From assembly GCA_007117065.1 (NCBI GenBank), contig SKHI01000010.1, forward strand, positions 1-44,980: a stretch of 44,980 nt of DNA. The letters are read 5' to 3'. Under the pieces are notes generated by a model, which worked only from the letters and a program-made list of their open reading frames with translations, had not been told where the DNA came from and did not search any database. The stretch is from Candidatus Woesearchaeota archaeon. GTDB lineage: Archaea; Nanobdellota; Nanobdellia; Woesearchaeales; SKIA01. The translations under genes and the position numbers were made by a program. This document shows, one piece after another, positions 1 through 9,000 of the stretch; the stretch's first letter is position 1; the number at the start of each line of letters is the position of its first letter.

Positions 1-306
1 ATATCCTTCTACTCTGTCATACTGAAACCATCCGACTTGATTTCCCTCTCCGAAAATAATTATTCTTGCATCTCGTTCTGTTATTTTAAAAAAAATGTTT
101 GTTCCGTTTCTGTCACCTGGGCATTCATTGTTGAGCAATAGACTTCCTCCTCCGCAAACAATTAAGTCTATACGCTGTTGTATTTCTTCAAGAGTATTAT
201 TTGGAGGATTTACTGCAGCGTATAAATCCATTACCACGACGAGGGATATGATCATAAGTGCTACAAACGCAAAGAGATGAAGCAATATGGATTCTCCATC
301 AGCCAT
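1..306 (-). CDS. Hypothetical secreted/membrane protein, truncated at its 3' end by the window edge (>=102 aa); last visible gene of the pilin-like operon
   Basis: Absent from the ORF track because there is no stop in the window. My reverse-complement translation from ATG 306-304 stays open to position 1: MADGESILLHLFAFVALMIISLVVVMDLYAAVNPPNNTLEEIQQRIDLIVCGGGSLLLNNECPGDRNG... It has a short polar N-terminus, then a ~22 aa hydrophobic helix. The start overlaps the upstream stop (299-301) by 8 nt. Confidence 0.5.
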   Translation of the reverse strand, partial: MADGESILLHLFAFVALMIISLVVVMDLYAAVNPPNNTLEEIQQRIDLIVCGGGSLLLNNECPGDRNGTNIFFKITERDARIIIFGEGNQVGWFQYDRVEGY

Positions 307-520
307 CTTCGCAACACACCCATCCTTCTCCGCAAAGAGTTTCGTCTATTCGTTCTGAACAGCCAAATGCTAATTCTACACACGTACCTCCGCGTATCTG
401 ACATTCTGCCTGTTGCCCTATCCCAGGCAGTGTTGAGACGCTCTCTTGTATATTCTGTATAACAATAAATCCTATTACTATAACAAGAAGTCCAAGAACT
501 ATAGCAACCCATTTTTCCAT
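299..520 (-). CDS. Small membrane-anchored six-cysteine protein (73 aa)
   Basis: ORF track. N-terminal hydrophobic helix MEKWVAIVLGLLVIVIGFIVI, then CQIRGGTCVELAFGCSERIDETLCGEGWVCC (C-x6-C-x6-C-x8-C-x5-CC). Co-directional in the operon, with a GGAG about 18 nt upstream. Confidence 0.6.
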   Translation of the reverse strand: MEKWVAIVLGLLVIVIGFIVIQNIQESVSTLPGIGQQAECQIRGGTCVELAFGCSERIDETLCGEGWVCCEDG

Positions 521-557
521 ATGTTTTTTGAGCAGTTCTCCTTTTTTAGTGTTTTCT

Positions 558-806
558 TTATTGGGCTGCTTCTCTCATGCAACAGTATCCTGTTTCACAT
601 GTTCCTATTCGTATATGCAGTAGGTTTCGTTGAGCGCACGGCTGATCGCTACAAAACCCTCCTTGGTTTTCACAATCACGAACTGTTTGTCTTCCATCAG
701 TAAATATGCCTGTAAAAAAAACGATGGATAAAATGAGTACAAGCATGCCTAACGCTATTGTTACCAGCATCGTAGTAGTTAATTCTGCACGTCTATTGTC
801 TAACAT
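558..806 (-). CDS. Prepilin-like mini-protein with C-terminal six-Cys domain (82 aa from internal ATG; the ORF track extends to 869)
   Basis: ATG at 806-804 gives MLDNRRAELTTTMLVTIALGMLVLIL: a basic N-terminus, A then E, then a hydrophobic helix. This start cuts the overlap with the upstream gene from 77 to 14 nt. The C-terminus is CENQGGFCSDQPCAQRNLLHIRIGTCETGYCC (C-x6-C-x4-C-x12-C-x4-CC). Confidence 0.55.
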   Translation of the reverse strand: MLDNRRAELTTTMLVTIALGMLVLILSIVFFTGIFTDGRQTVRDCENQGGFCSDQPCAQRNLLHIRIGTCETGYCCMREAAQ

Positions 807-1038
807 AACAACGGTAGCCCTCTTGACAACCTGTGGCGTCCGGAACTTCAGTGTATGATCCTGCAGCATCCATTGGTGGTTGCATCATACATTGTCCTCC
901 CATAACAGGACATGAACGAAGTCCCTCATTGATGTCTCCACCAGAACCCACTACGAGGATTGCTATAATTACAAGAACCAGGAGTGCTATTGCTGCTATA
1001 ATAACAAGATTTAATCCCATACTTTGTGCATGTTTCAT
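793..1038 (-). CDS. Prepilin-like mini-protein, four-Cys variant (81 aa)
   Basis: MKHAQSMGLNLVIIAAIALLVLVIIAILVV is class III signal-like. The C-terminus is CPVMGGQC...CQEGYRC. The N-terminal helix closely resembles that of 1040-1327. Confidence 0.65.
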   Translation of the reverse strand: MKHAQSMGLNLVIIAAIALLVLVIIAILVVGSGGDINEGLRSCPVMGGQCMMQPPMDAAGSYTEVPDATGCQEGYRCYVRQ

Positions 1039-1039
1039 G

Positions 1040-1327
1040 TTAAAATAATCGGGTACAACAGGTAAGAGGATTGTTTGAACTGCTCTGAGAACAACTACGA
1101 GGATTATTAGAAGTCATTCCTTCAGGACACAACTCGCCCTGAGGAACACAAGCATAATCAATCCATTCACGACCCTCCTGCCAAGATTCACAATGATTGA
1201 CTCCTACGTTTATTCCTTGTCCAGAATTCAGTACTAGAGCGATAAGAATAACCATGATAACCAATGCAATGGCAGCAATTATGATGACATTTAAACTCAT
1301 TCCCTGAGCTTTCTTATTTAACAACAT
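1040..1327 (-). CDS. Prepilin-like mini-protein with six-Cys domain (95 aa)
   Basis: MLLNKKAQGMSLNVIIIAAIALVIMVILIALVL has KKA then Q, then a hydrophobic helix. The C-terminus is C-x13-C-x6-C-x11-C-x10-CC. Confidence 0.65.
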   Translation of the reverse strand: MLLNKKAQGMSLNVIIIAAIALVIMVILIALVLNSGQGINVGVNHCESWQEGREWIDYACVPQGELCPEGMTSNNPRSCSQSSSNNPLTCCTRLF

Positions 1328-1358
1328 ACTTTATTTTTGAGGATAATAGTATTTAAAC

Positions 1359-1511
1359 CTAACTAAAAAGTTCTCGTATTCTATACAAAAGACTTCCTTC
1401 TGTCTGAATAGCTATTTGAGAATACATCACATAAATAAGAACGAGTGCAAGAAGTGCTCCAAGCGCCCAGGCAACTATTTTTTCCATTTCTATTGACGCT
1501 GTTTTGTTCAT
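1359..1511 (-). CDS. Micro-membrane protein (50 aa), below the ORF-track size cutoff
   Basis: Hand translation: MNKTASIEMEKIVAWALGALLALVLIYVMYSQIAIQTEGSLLYRIRELFS. ATGA overlap with the upstream stop (1508-1511). Single TM helix. The internal MEKIVAW resembles the MEKWVAI start of 299-520. Confidence 0.4.
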   Translation of the reverse strand: MNKTASIEMEKIVAWALGALLALVLIYVMYSQIAIQTEGSLLYRIRELFS

Positions 1512-1675
1512 GAACAGCCTCTTATGAGCCCGTATGTTCGCTCACATATGTTACCGTCGCCGGAGAAAAATCCGTCTCCAAAAAATACTACGTATGCACT
1601 TACCATAATAAGAAGAAAAATAACTACGATAAGAGTGGTTACCAGCGCACTTACTTCCATTCCTTTTTTGTTCAT
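1508..1675 (-). CDS. Prepilin-like micro-protein (55 aa; the ORF track extends to 1696)
   Basis: ATG 1675-1673 forms an ATGA overlap with the stop of 1672-2478. MNKKGMEVSALVTTLIVVIFLLIMV is class III-like. Two C-terminal Cys (C-x9-C). Confidence 0.55.
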   Translation of the reverse strand: MNKKGMEVSALVTTLIVVIFLLIMVSAYVVFFGDGFFSGDGNICERTYGLIRGCS

Positions 1676-2478
1676 TGAGGCCTCACAATTGTACATCCTG
1701 CATCCAGTAATTCTTGTTCGGAGTACGGCCTTATAATTGTTGTGCTTAGAGAGTTCGTATCTGGTCTATATACAATCGCCCCTACATATCCTGCTACACT
1801 GAGCACGGTAACGGCTACCCGCGCCTTTGGAAATACTCGCGCAATTTGCATACTACGCCCTAACACTAAACGTACAGTTCCTGAAGCGTATCCAGTTACT
1901 GCACCAGCTACTGCTGAGTCTGTGCTACTGCGTAATAAATTGCTCATAAATGAGTGATCTACCGTTTTATCTTGTATGTGAATTATTGCCACGCTTTCTT
2001 CAAGAAAGAACTCAAAATCATCATGTGATTCGTCTTCTCCAGGAAGTCGTATTGCTTGTTCGTCCTGTGTGAATCGTGGAATGCGAGATGCCATCTGCGG
2101 TATTTCTCTTGGATCGTTATTCGCGTATAAAGCGCACACATGACAAAATGTTTCGCTTCTTGCATTACCCAAGATGTCTCTTCCTGAAAAAGAGAGTTCA
2201 CACCAGTAGAAGTCTGCTTGTATTTGTGCTGCTACCCGTGCGTTTCTTTCCTCGCTAAAATCTCTAAATCGCGTATCGCATCCTACAAGCGGAGGAAATC
2301 GCCCATCAATAATGGAGTCCATGCGAACTGCCGTCGCGCGTATTTGTACTGAAGCAGCACATTCTTGGTCTGCGCTTTGATTCATTGCTGTATTCGTAAA
2401 ATATGCCAGGCCCAAGACAATAAATAATGAAAGCAAACTTATGATGATAACTACAAGTTGGGTTATGGTAAGTTTCAT
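1672..2478 (-). CDS. Pilin-like secreted protein (268 aa), paralog of 2480-3298
   Basis: The track start at 2490 is TTG. ATG 2478 lies 1 nt after the upstream stop. N-terminus MKLTITQLVVIIISLLSLFIVLGLAYF. Shares YWCELSFSGRDIL...TFCHVCALY with the neighbour's ECWDLFLEGSKDIL...TCFICAELF. Confidence 0.7.
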   Translation of the reverse strand: MKLTITQLVVIIISLLSLFIVLGLAYFTNTAMNQSADQECAASVQIRATAVRMDSIIDGRFPPLVGCDTRFRDFSEERNARVAAQIQADFYWCELSFSGRDILGNARSETFCHVCALYANNDPREIPQMASRIPRFTQDEQAIRLPGEDESHDDFEFFLEESVAIIHIQDKTVDHSFMSNLLRSSTDSAVAGAVTGYASGTVRLVLGRSMQIARVFPKARVAVTVLSVAGYVGAIVYRPDTNSLSTTIIRPYSEQELLDAGCTIVRPQ

Positions 2479-2479
2479 G

Positions 2480-3298
2480 TTAGTTGACAAGTATGTTGCA
2501 GGAACTTCCTAAATGCGTTACTGGAATAATATCTACATATTGACAGGTGTTACCTCGTACCCACGACATACCGCTTCCTCTGCGTATAAATGTTATCGCG
2601 TAATTTTCTGACGCGTCCAACTGTGTTATCATATTCATATATTTAGGAAGATTTGAATCGCAATTTCCATATGTAGATTGCGTATTAAATAAGAATTCTT
2701 CGTATGTACCTCGTACTCCGAGAAGCGGCACTCGTTGTTGCAAGCTAGCCGATAGATCTATCGATACAGGATTACTCGCACTAAAGAATAGTTCTGCGCA
2801 AATAAAACATGTTGAGGCGCGACCAAAGAGATTTCCTGAGTCCAGTATATCTTTTGAACCTTCCAAAAATAAATCCCAACATTCAGCCAATTCGTGTACT
2901 AACGCATTTGACATACGCTCAGAAAAATCTGTTTGAGATGGGTTGAGCGTCCTAAAGGCCATATTTCCTTGTTCGTTTATAATTGGAAAAGAATAATCGC
3001 TCGTTCTTGACTCTTTACCAAAAAAAGACGCGTATACTTCTCTCGCCTCTGAATCTTCTACGAGAAGTATTTTTCTTGGACAATAAATTTCAAATGGATT
3101 CAACCAAGTTCCTGTTCCAAGTATAGGTGATAAACGCTCTCCAAAGAGTTTAAGTTGTATGTTGAGTTGACAAGCTGATTTTGCTGACTGCGCTGTGGCA
3201 CTCAGAGAAGTTACTCCGATGATAAAAAGAATAAGAATTACAGAGAGAAGAAAAAGTGTAAGGGTTGCTACTTTTTGTGTAACAAGTCCTTTTTTCAT
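2480..3298 (-). CDS. Pilin-like secreted protein (272 aa), paralog of 1672-2478
   Basis: MKKGLVTQKVATLTLFLLSVILILFIIGV. AGGAGGT Shine-Dalgarno at 3307-3313, 8 nt upstream of the ATG. ATGA overlap with the upstream micro-ORF. Confidence 0.75.
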   Translation of the reverse strand: MKKGLVTQKVATLTLFLLSVILILFIIGVTSLSATAQSAKSACQLNIQLKLFGERLSPILGTGTWLNPFEIYCPRKILLVEDSEAREVYASFFGKESRTSDYSFPIINEQGNMAFRTLNPSQTDFSERMSNALVHELAECWDLFLEGSKDILDSGNLFGRASTCFICAELFFSASNPVSIDLSASLQQRVPLLGVRGTYEEFLFNTQSTYGNCDSNLPKYMNMITQLDASENYAITFIRRGSGMSWVRGNTCQYVDIIPVTHLGSSCNILVN

Positions 3299-3402
3299 GA
3301 GAACATACCTCCTATACGCGTTTGTATGAATAGTGTTACGAGTATAATCACCAGTAAAACGAGCGTGAGCATAATAACTGTATTCATCATTTCTTGAGAC
3401 AT
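3295..3402 (-). CDS. Micro-membrane protein (35 aa), below the ORF-track size cutoff
   Basis: Hand translation: MSQEMMNTVIMLTLVLLVIILVTLFIQTRIGGMFS. Its stop forms ATGA with the next start (3295-3298). One TM helix. Confidence 0.35.
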   Translation of the reverse strand: MSQEMMNTVIMLTLVLLVIILVTLFIQTRIGGMFS

Positions 3403-3433
3403 AGAACAGTTCTGTACTGCATCCCTTTTAAGT

Positions 3434-3943
3434 TTATTGTGGATTGCAGAGGAAAAGAACTATTTCTACATTCCCCCCTCCTATTCCTTTTGAGAGAAGG
3501 ACTCTTCCTGCACGCGAGGTATCTTGTAAATGAATATCACATATTCCGCGAGTTGCCAACTCATTACATGCGGGGCCGCCAAAGATATCATCACATACTT
3601 CTCTTCGTATACTTAAAAAATATGTGGTTCCATGAAATTCGTCTATTGAACGCTCGAGCGCTTCTATAAACGCATTCCCATACAGATCGTTCTCACATCC
3701 GCCCATATTTCTGTTGGTCGCTTTCCAAATAAAATAATCACCTATACTGTGTCTTATACATTCATGATGAGTTGTTTTTATCCACGCATTGAGGACGTTT
3801 TGTGCGAATTGATCGTTTATGAATCGTTGTGTAGGATCCATTGTGGGTTGTTGTGTATTAAGGCTGAGAAAAAAGAATATCATTACTGTTATGAGCACCA
3901 TTGCTATGGCGAGTCCGAGTATTTCAAATTGTCCTTTTCTCAT
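3434..3943 (-). CDS. Archaeal type IV pilin-like protein (169 aa)
   Basis: MRKGQFEILGLAIAMVLITVMIFFFLSL: RKG then Q, then a hydrophobic helix, a canonical class III signal pattern. Six Cys in the mature part. ATGA overlap at 3940-3943. Confidence 0.75.
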   Translation of the reverse strand: MRKGQFEILGLAIAMVLITVMIFFFLSLNTQQPTMDPTQRFINDQFAQNVLNAWIKTTHHECIRHSIGDYFIWKATNRNMGGCENDLYGNAFIEALERSIDEFHGTTYFLSIRREVCDDIFGGPACNELATRGICDIHLQDTSRAGRVLLSKGIGGGNVEIVLFLCNPQ

Positions 3944-4476
3944 GTTCGAGTCTCCTGTGTTAGTATCAGCATTGCAAATGCGTGTGTTCGATGGATGGGA
4001 TCATAAAGGGTTATTGGAATACTTATTTGTTGGGTTGAGATAGGATTTTCTGATACGAAATCAAATAAGGTAATTTGATTTCCTACTGGGTGGATTACCT
4101 CAATTGTTGCTTTATAGTTTGCTCTTCGTTCAGCAAAGAATTTGTTTGTAAAATACGCTCGTTCTTGGGCAGTACCTTCTATTATCGACGCAAGTGCTCG
4201 CGCTCTGTACTCGTCTATACAGCTTAGCTCTCTTCTTGAGTCTATTGAACACTCTAATTCTGGAAGATTCATGATAACACGTCCTATTTCTAAGAGTTCC
4301 ATTCTGTTCATTCCTGCAAGCACTCCCTGTTCTGACTGAGCGGATCCTGTAGCATACCAATACAAACCAAATATCATGATAATTAAAAAGATAATAAGTA
4401 CTGCTACTATTTCTCCAAGCTGTATTTGTGCTTTAGTAGATTGACGCACAGCGATCCCCTCGTAATAGTCGTTCAT
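3940..4476 (-). CDS. Pilin-like protein (178 aa)
   Basis: ...STKAQIQLGEIVAVLIIFLIIMIFGLYWY. ATG 4476 overlaps the upstream gene by 44 nt. An in-frame GTG at 4449 would give MRQSTKAQ... and a 17 nt overlap, so the start is uncertain. Confidence 0.7.
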   Translation of the reverse strand: MNDYYEGIAVRQSTKAQIQLGEIVAVLIIFLIIMIFGLYWYATGSAQSEQGVLAGMNRMELLEIGRVIMNLPELECSIDSRRELSCIDEYRARALASIIEGTAQERAYFTNKFFAERRANYKATIEVIHPVGNQITLFDFVSENPISTQQISIPITLYDPIHRTHAFAMLILTQETRT

Positions 4477-5473
4477 TTAATTCTCGTACAGCAGAAACAC
4501 GCGCATATAGTTCTGAAAAATCGTATAAAGCGACAGCACTAGAGTCTAAAGTCATGCTTGTACGAAGATTTTCCATTCTGTTAACAAGATAGTTGTCAGT
4601 ACATGAAGAATCAGATTGTGAGGCCAAGTACGATTGTGTTAAAAAACTCATCCGTAATTCTTGTATAAACGCTTGTCTTTGTATTGCTGTTGTGAGTTTG
4701 TGTTGCATACAGTTCGCTCTTGCTGTCTCTGCCTGCCAAAGAAGTGCAAAAAGCATGCCCTCACCTACATAATGATATCCTCCTCGCCACTCTCCTTCTT
4801 CAAAAAAAGATATTTCTCCTCGCTCGAGAATGTTATTCTCATACCGTACGTGTATGTATTGCACTCCTGGTCGCGCGGTAATAGAGACAGGAGCACTATT
4901 TCCCATTGTTACATGGCGGATAGTGCTAAACGTGCGCGTATTGTCTGGAATCACTTCCACGACAAGTCGTTCATCCTGTATCTCTTGAGGAATCGCATCT
5001 AAGAATCGTTGCCTATTTTGTGCAGCAAGATTGTTAGTAGGCACTACGAGTAATTCTTGCGGGTTTGTTACGAGAAGAACATTTCCGATAGTAAACGGTG
5101 TTTGTATTCCTTTACTAAAGAGAATGAGTCTTCCTGTTTCCATGTCTCTTCCTGCTACGAGTTCTGTCTCTAAACTTCTTGTATAAGAGCCTATTTGTAA
5201 TTGACTCAGAAGAAGCACGGTATTTCCTTCGCGTATTGCTTCACACGTAAGACGTATATTTGTTTGAGGGATGTTTGTTGCAAGTGACGAGTCTGGACTT
5301 GCTTGTTGCGCAGAAAGTATCGTATTTACTTGCTCCAGAGCATTTCGTTCTAGTCGTTCTTGCGCCGCGTTTGCTTGTCCGCTTGCTATCATAAAGAATA
5401 TTGTAAGAAGCATTCCTCCAGCAAAGAGTATAAACATCCATACAAATACGAGTGCCATTGCTTTTTTGTTCAT
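4433..5473 (-). CDS. Pilin-like/N-terminally anchored secreted protein (346 aa)
   Basis: MNKKAMALVFVWMFILFAGGMLLTIFFMI. ATGA overlap at 5470-5473. I recognise no family in the mature domain. Confidence 0.75.
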   Translation of the reverse strand: MNKKAMALVFVWMFILFAGGMLLTIFFMIASGQANAAQERLERNALEQVNTILSAQQASPDSSLATNIPQTNIRLTCEAIREGNTVLLLSQLQIGSYTRSLETELVAGRDMETGRLILFSKGIQTPFTIGNVLLVTNPQELLVVPTNNLAAQNRQRFLDAIPQEIQDERLVVEVIPDNTRTFSTIRHVTMGNSAPVSITARPGVQYIHVRYENNILERGEISFFEEGEWRGGYHYVGEGMLFALLWQAETARANCMQHKLTTAIQRQAFIQELRMSFLTQSYLASQSDSSCTDNYLVNRMENLRTSMTLDSSAVALYDFSELYARVSAVRELNERLLRGDRCASIY

Positions 5474-6021
5474 GGCGCTTCAAGTACTCTTGTTGTTTGT
5501 CCTTGACCTTGTAATCGTACTCGTATGTTTCCTCTTTGCGCATCTACACACAGTATGCTATCCGCAGCTGTTTGTATGGGTGCTGATTCTGTACTAAAAC
5601 GCTCTATTGGCTCTACAATTCCTGTTGTGGTTACAGTCCATACATTTGTTTGATCTCCTCGGAGCTCTTGCGTGTTCGTTTGTATGCTTGAGATAATAAT
5701 ATTTTGTGTAGTCTGTCTAACCGTTCCAGAAAAAGAAGTAGGACCAAGACCTTGATTATCTGTAAGAATGTTTCTTCCTGCAAAACAGACTTGTTCTACT
5801 TCACATGGAACGCCCAGTTGTACCACTGTGCTTGTTCCTATTCCTCTATTTCGTTGTATTTCGTTAAGCAGTTGTGTTCCGAATTGTATTCTTTGTGTAT
5901 CGCATCTTCTTTCGTTAAGGTTTTGTAATTCTGAGTAGCCAAAAAGAAGCACTAGTCCAATGATAATAAGGCCTATTACGAACACAAGTATTTGCATGAT
6001 GAGTTGTGCTTTTTTGTTCAT
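5470..6021 (-). CDS. Archaeal type IV pilin-like protein (183 aa)
   Basis: MNKKAQLIMQILVFVIGLIIIGLVLLFGY: KKA then Q, then a hydrophobic helix. The start lies 5 nt after the stop of the 1198 aa gene. Confidence 0.75.
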   Translation of the reverse strand: MNKKAQLIMQILVFVIGLIIIGLVLLFGYSELQNLNERRCDTQRIQFGTQLLNEIQRNRGIGTSTVVQLGVPCEVEQVCFAGRNILTDNQGLGPTSFSGTVRQTTQNIIISSIQTNTQELRGDQTNVWTVTTTGIVEPIERFSTESAPIQTAADSILCVDAQRGNIRVRLQGQGQTTRVLEAP

Positions 6022-6026
6022 GGTAC

Positions 6027-9000
6027 TTATTCGAACTCTTTTACGAGCTGTTCTCGTTTCGATTTTCGCTCCTCTTCTCGTTTCTTTTTTGCTTCTTCGC
6101 GTAGTTTTGATGTTGCTAAATCAATTTCTGGTTCTGTTTTTTGTTGCTGTAAGATAGTTGATTGTTGTGTTGGTTGATAGGTAGTTTGTGGCGGTCTAAA
6201 AGAGGTTCTACTCGTACTCTCTTGTTGTTTTTCATAATAGATGTATCCTCCTCCACCTGAAATTAAAAGTAAGCCTAAGATTATGAATATGAGTGGGAAT
6301 ACCGAGCGTGATTCTTGTATAGGGAATGGTTCGTCTAATCTTGGCTGTTGTAAAGGCCTATCTGTACAGGTTCCTGTTGAACAAATAAGACTCCCTTGAC
6401 AATCAGAGTCAGTTCTACATCCTTGTCCTTGTGCACACGCGTTTGGACAGCTTCCACCACAATCAATGCCTGTTTCATCACCATTACGGATACCGTCTGT
6501 ACACGATGGCTCTGCACATATCCCTCCTCTACAGCTTCCTGAGGCACAGTCAAAATTGGTAACGCACTTCTTTCCTACTTCACATTTTGGACAGAATGCT
6601 CCTCCACAATCTATATCTGTTTGTCCTTGATTTTGTTCTCCGTTAGAACAAAGTTGTTGTTGATGCTCCAAGTCGCTTCCTATTGGAGGACATGCTGGAC
6701 AACTTCCGCCGCAGTCGACACCTGTTTCATCAGCGTCCTGTATTCCGTTTGAACAATGTGAGAGATATTCTGGTATCGTCACCCGTATCTCTTGCTGTGC
6801 AATATTTCCAGCATGATCGCTTACTTCAACACAAATTCTACTCGTCTCCGTTATCGTAAAGCGCTCTCCAAATCGTGTCATGCTATCCTCTGCTGCCGGA
6901 AATGTGTGCTCACTATACTCGCACGCTGCGTTTGGAGCGACTATTCCTTTTCTGTATGTGCTCGCGCAAGATATGTCGTCTTGACAAATTACTTGCAACG
7001 TTTTTGACTGCACTGTCTCATTTATTGTGTGTAGTCGCGCTATAGGTGGTACCGTATCACAGGAACCTGTTTCTCTTGATTGTGCTCGAACAGATATAAC
7101 TTTAGGTCCTGCTTTGTTATTATTTTTATCAATTGCCCATATGCGTAGCTCGTATTCTTCTCCAGAGACGAGTTCTAGGGATGTTAATGTGTGTGGAAGG
7201 CTTTGTACAGTATAATTTATTCCTATGAATTGAATAATTATTTCTTCAATGTTGTTTGGAATGTTATCTGTTACAAGAGCGCTTACTGTATAACTGGTTA
7301 ATCCACAGGTAAGTTGTTCTCCGTTGAACTCTATTGTCGGAGGAGTTATATCTACTATGAAGTTTTGTTCTTGTGAGGTGGTTTCTTTTGCTAAATATTC
7401 TTCTCTACACTCTGGCGTTATCTCCTCTCCACAGAATTCTATAAAGCAACTGTCTGGAGGATTTTCTCCTCTACAGGGATTTGGAGGACATGCTTCACAG
7501 AGTGTTTCTCGTTCTGAGCAAACGAATACGAAATCATAGACTCCTTCTGAAAATATTTGAGTGGCTCTATGAGTAAATCCTGTCTGAGAAAAAAGAGGTA
7601 TCTCAGTATTTGAAAAGACTGCTCTACAGTTTGCTGGTCTTGTCGTGTCTGCACGTAAGGTTACTTGTCTTTCTTCAACGATTGTTTCTAAAGGAATTAT
7701 TTGATTTGTTACCGGATATTCTGCGTGTACAGTTATTTGATTAGTTGCTTTTCTTTGGTGCGGATTCTCACATGTTATTGTTATTGTTTTCCCGTTTGGC
7801 GGGATGGAAAATTCTATTTCTGCTGTTCGTGCAAGTGGCGTTCTTCCCTGTGCTGATTCTCCTTCATAACACTCCACATATTGATCTGCTTCTATTAAAA
7901 TTGTTGAGTGAGGATTTTGTAATGAGGTTACTATTGCAGGGTTTGCGCTAAGAGTGAATGTGGGTTCTGGTAAATCATATAGTATTCGTAAATTTTTTGT
8001 TGTTGATTGATCAGTAAAGTCTGTACAGGTTACTGAGAAATACGTTGTTTCTCCTCGTTGTATTCCTATCAATTCTATGGCTTCATGAAGAGTGTGCCTG
8101 ATTGCTACTTGATTTGGAGTAAATTGTATTTCCGGGTTTTGAGTAAGAACACAGTTGGAAGGAAATTGTGTTTGTAATGCAAGAGTAAATGGTTCTACAG
8201 CGACGCCGTTTCTTGGAGAGACTATTGATATGTCTTGCGGACGAGGATATGCGCACGCCTCAGAATTCGGCGCTTGTATGACAGTCTGCATAGGATTTCC
8301 TACCACTCCAAGTTCGTTTATTGCACGTACATGAAGTGTTTGCCCTTGAAGACCAATTGGGTGTCTTATGGGCTCTCCTGTATACGCTCGAAGCGCTTCT
8401 TGTTGTACTGCTCCTGCTTGTATATACTGTATAAGAAGGTATCTTGTGTTCTGTGGAGATTGAGCTGTAATAACAGTAGTATCTTGACAACTGTACGCTT
8501 GTACGCTTTGTAATTCCAGCGGCGTCTGTTGCACGCGTACAGGATGAGGTATAGTTATTGTCTCCTCACCATACACACATGTAACGCGTATATTGTTTGT
8601 TGTTCCTGTAAGCACGAGTGCTTGTTGATGTAACGTTTGTTGTTGTAATGCTCCAAGACGTTGTTCACCTTGTTGATCATGTGTACAACGCGCAGGTTTA
8701 TTTGTTTGTACAATGAGTTGATAACTAAACGTCTGTGTTATATCAGGACTTAATATACGCATAGTAAATGGTGTTGATTGAGGGTGTGTTGCTACAATGT
8801 ACTCTCTTCTGGGAAGAATTGTTCCGTGTGCGTTCGTACATACAAGCGCAATTGTTGTTCCTCCTTGTGCACTAAATGTATGCGTATTTCTGTCTATGCT
8901 GTGTTGATTGGTTCCTTCCACACGACAGGTGCTTTGTTGTTCTGTTTGTATTGTTATTGTAGTATGTTCTTGGGGTAGACTTATGGGAGGCCACTGTGTG

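Noticed and set aside
299-1327. True evolutionary homology of the six-Cys domains to animal beta-defensins.
   Set aside because: Only the Cys spacing and a few residues match over about 35 aa. Such knots arise convergently. I kept this as a structural-analogy finding and make no homology claim.
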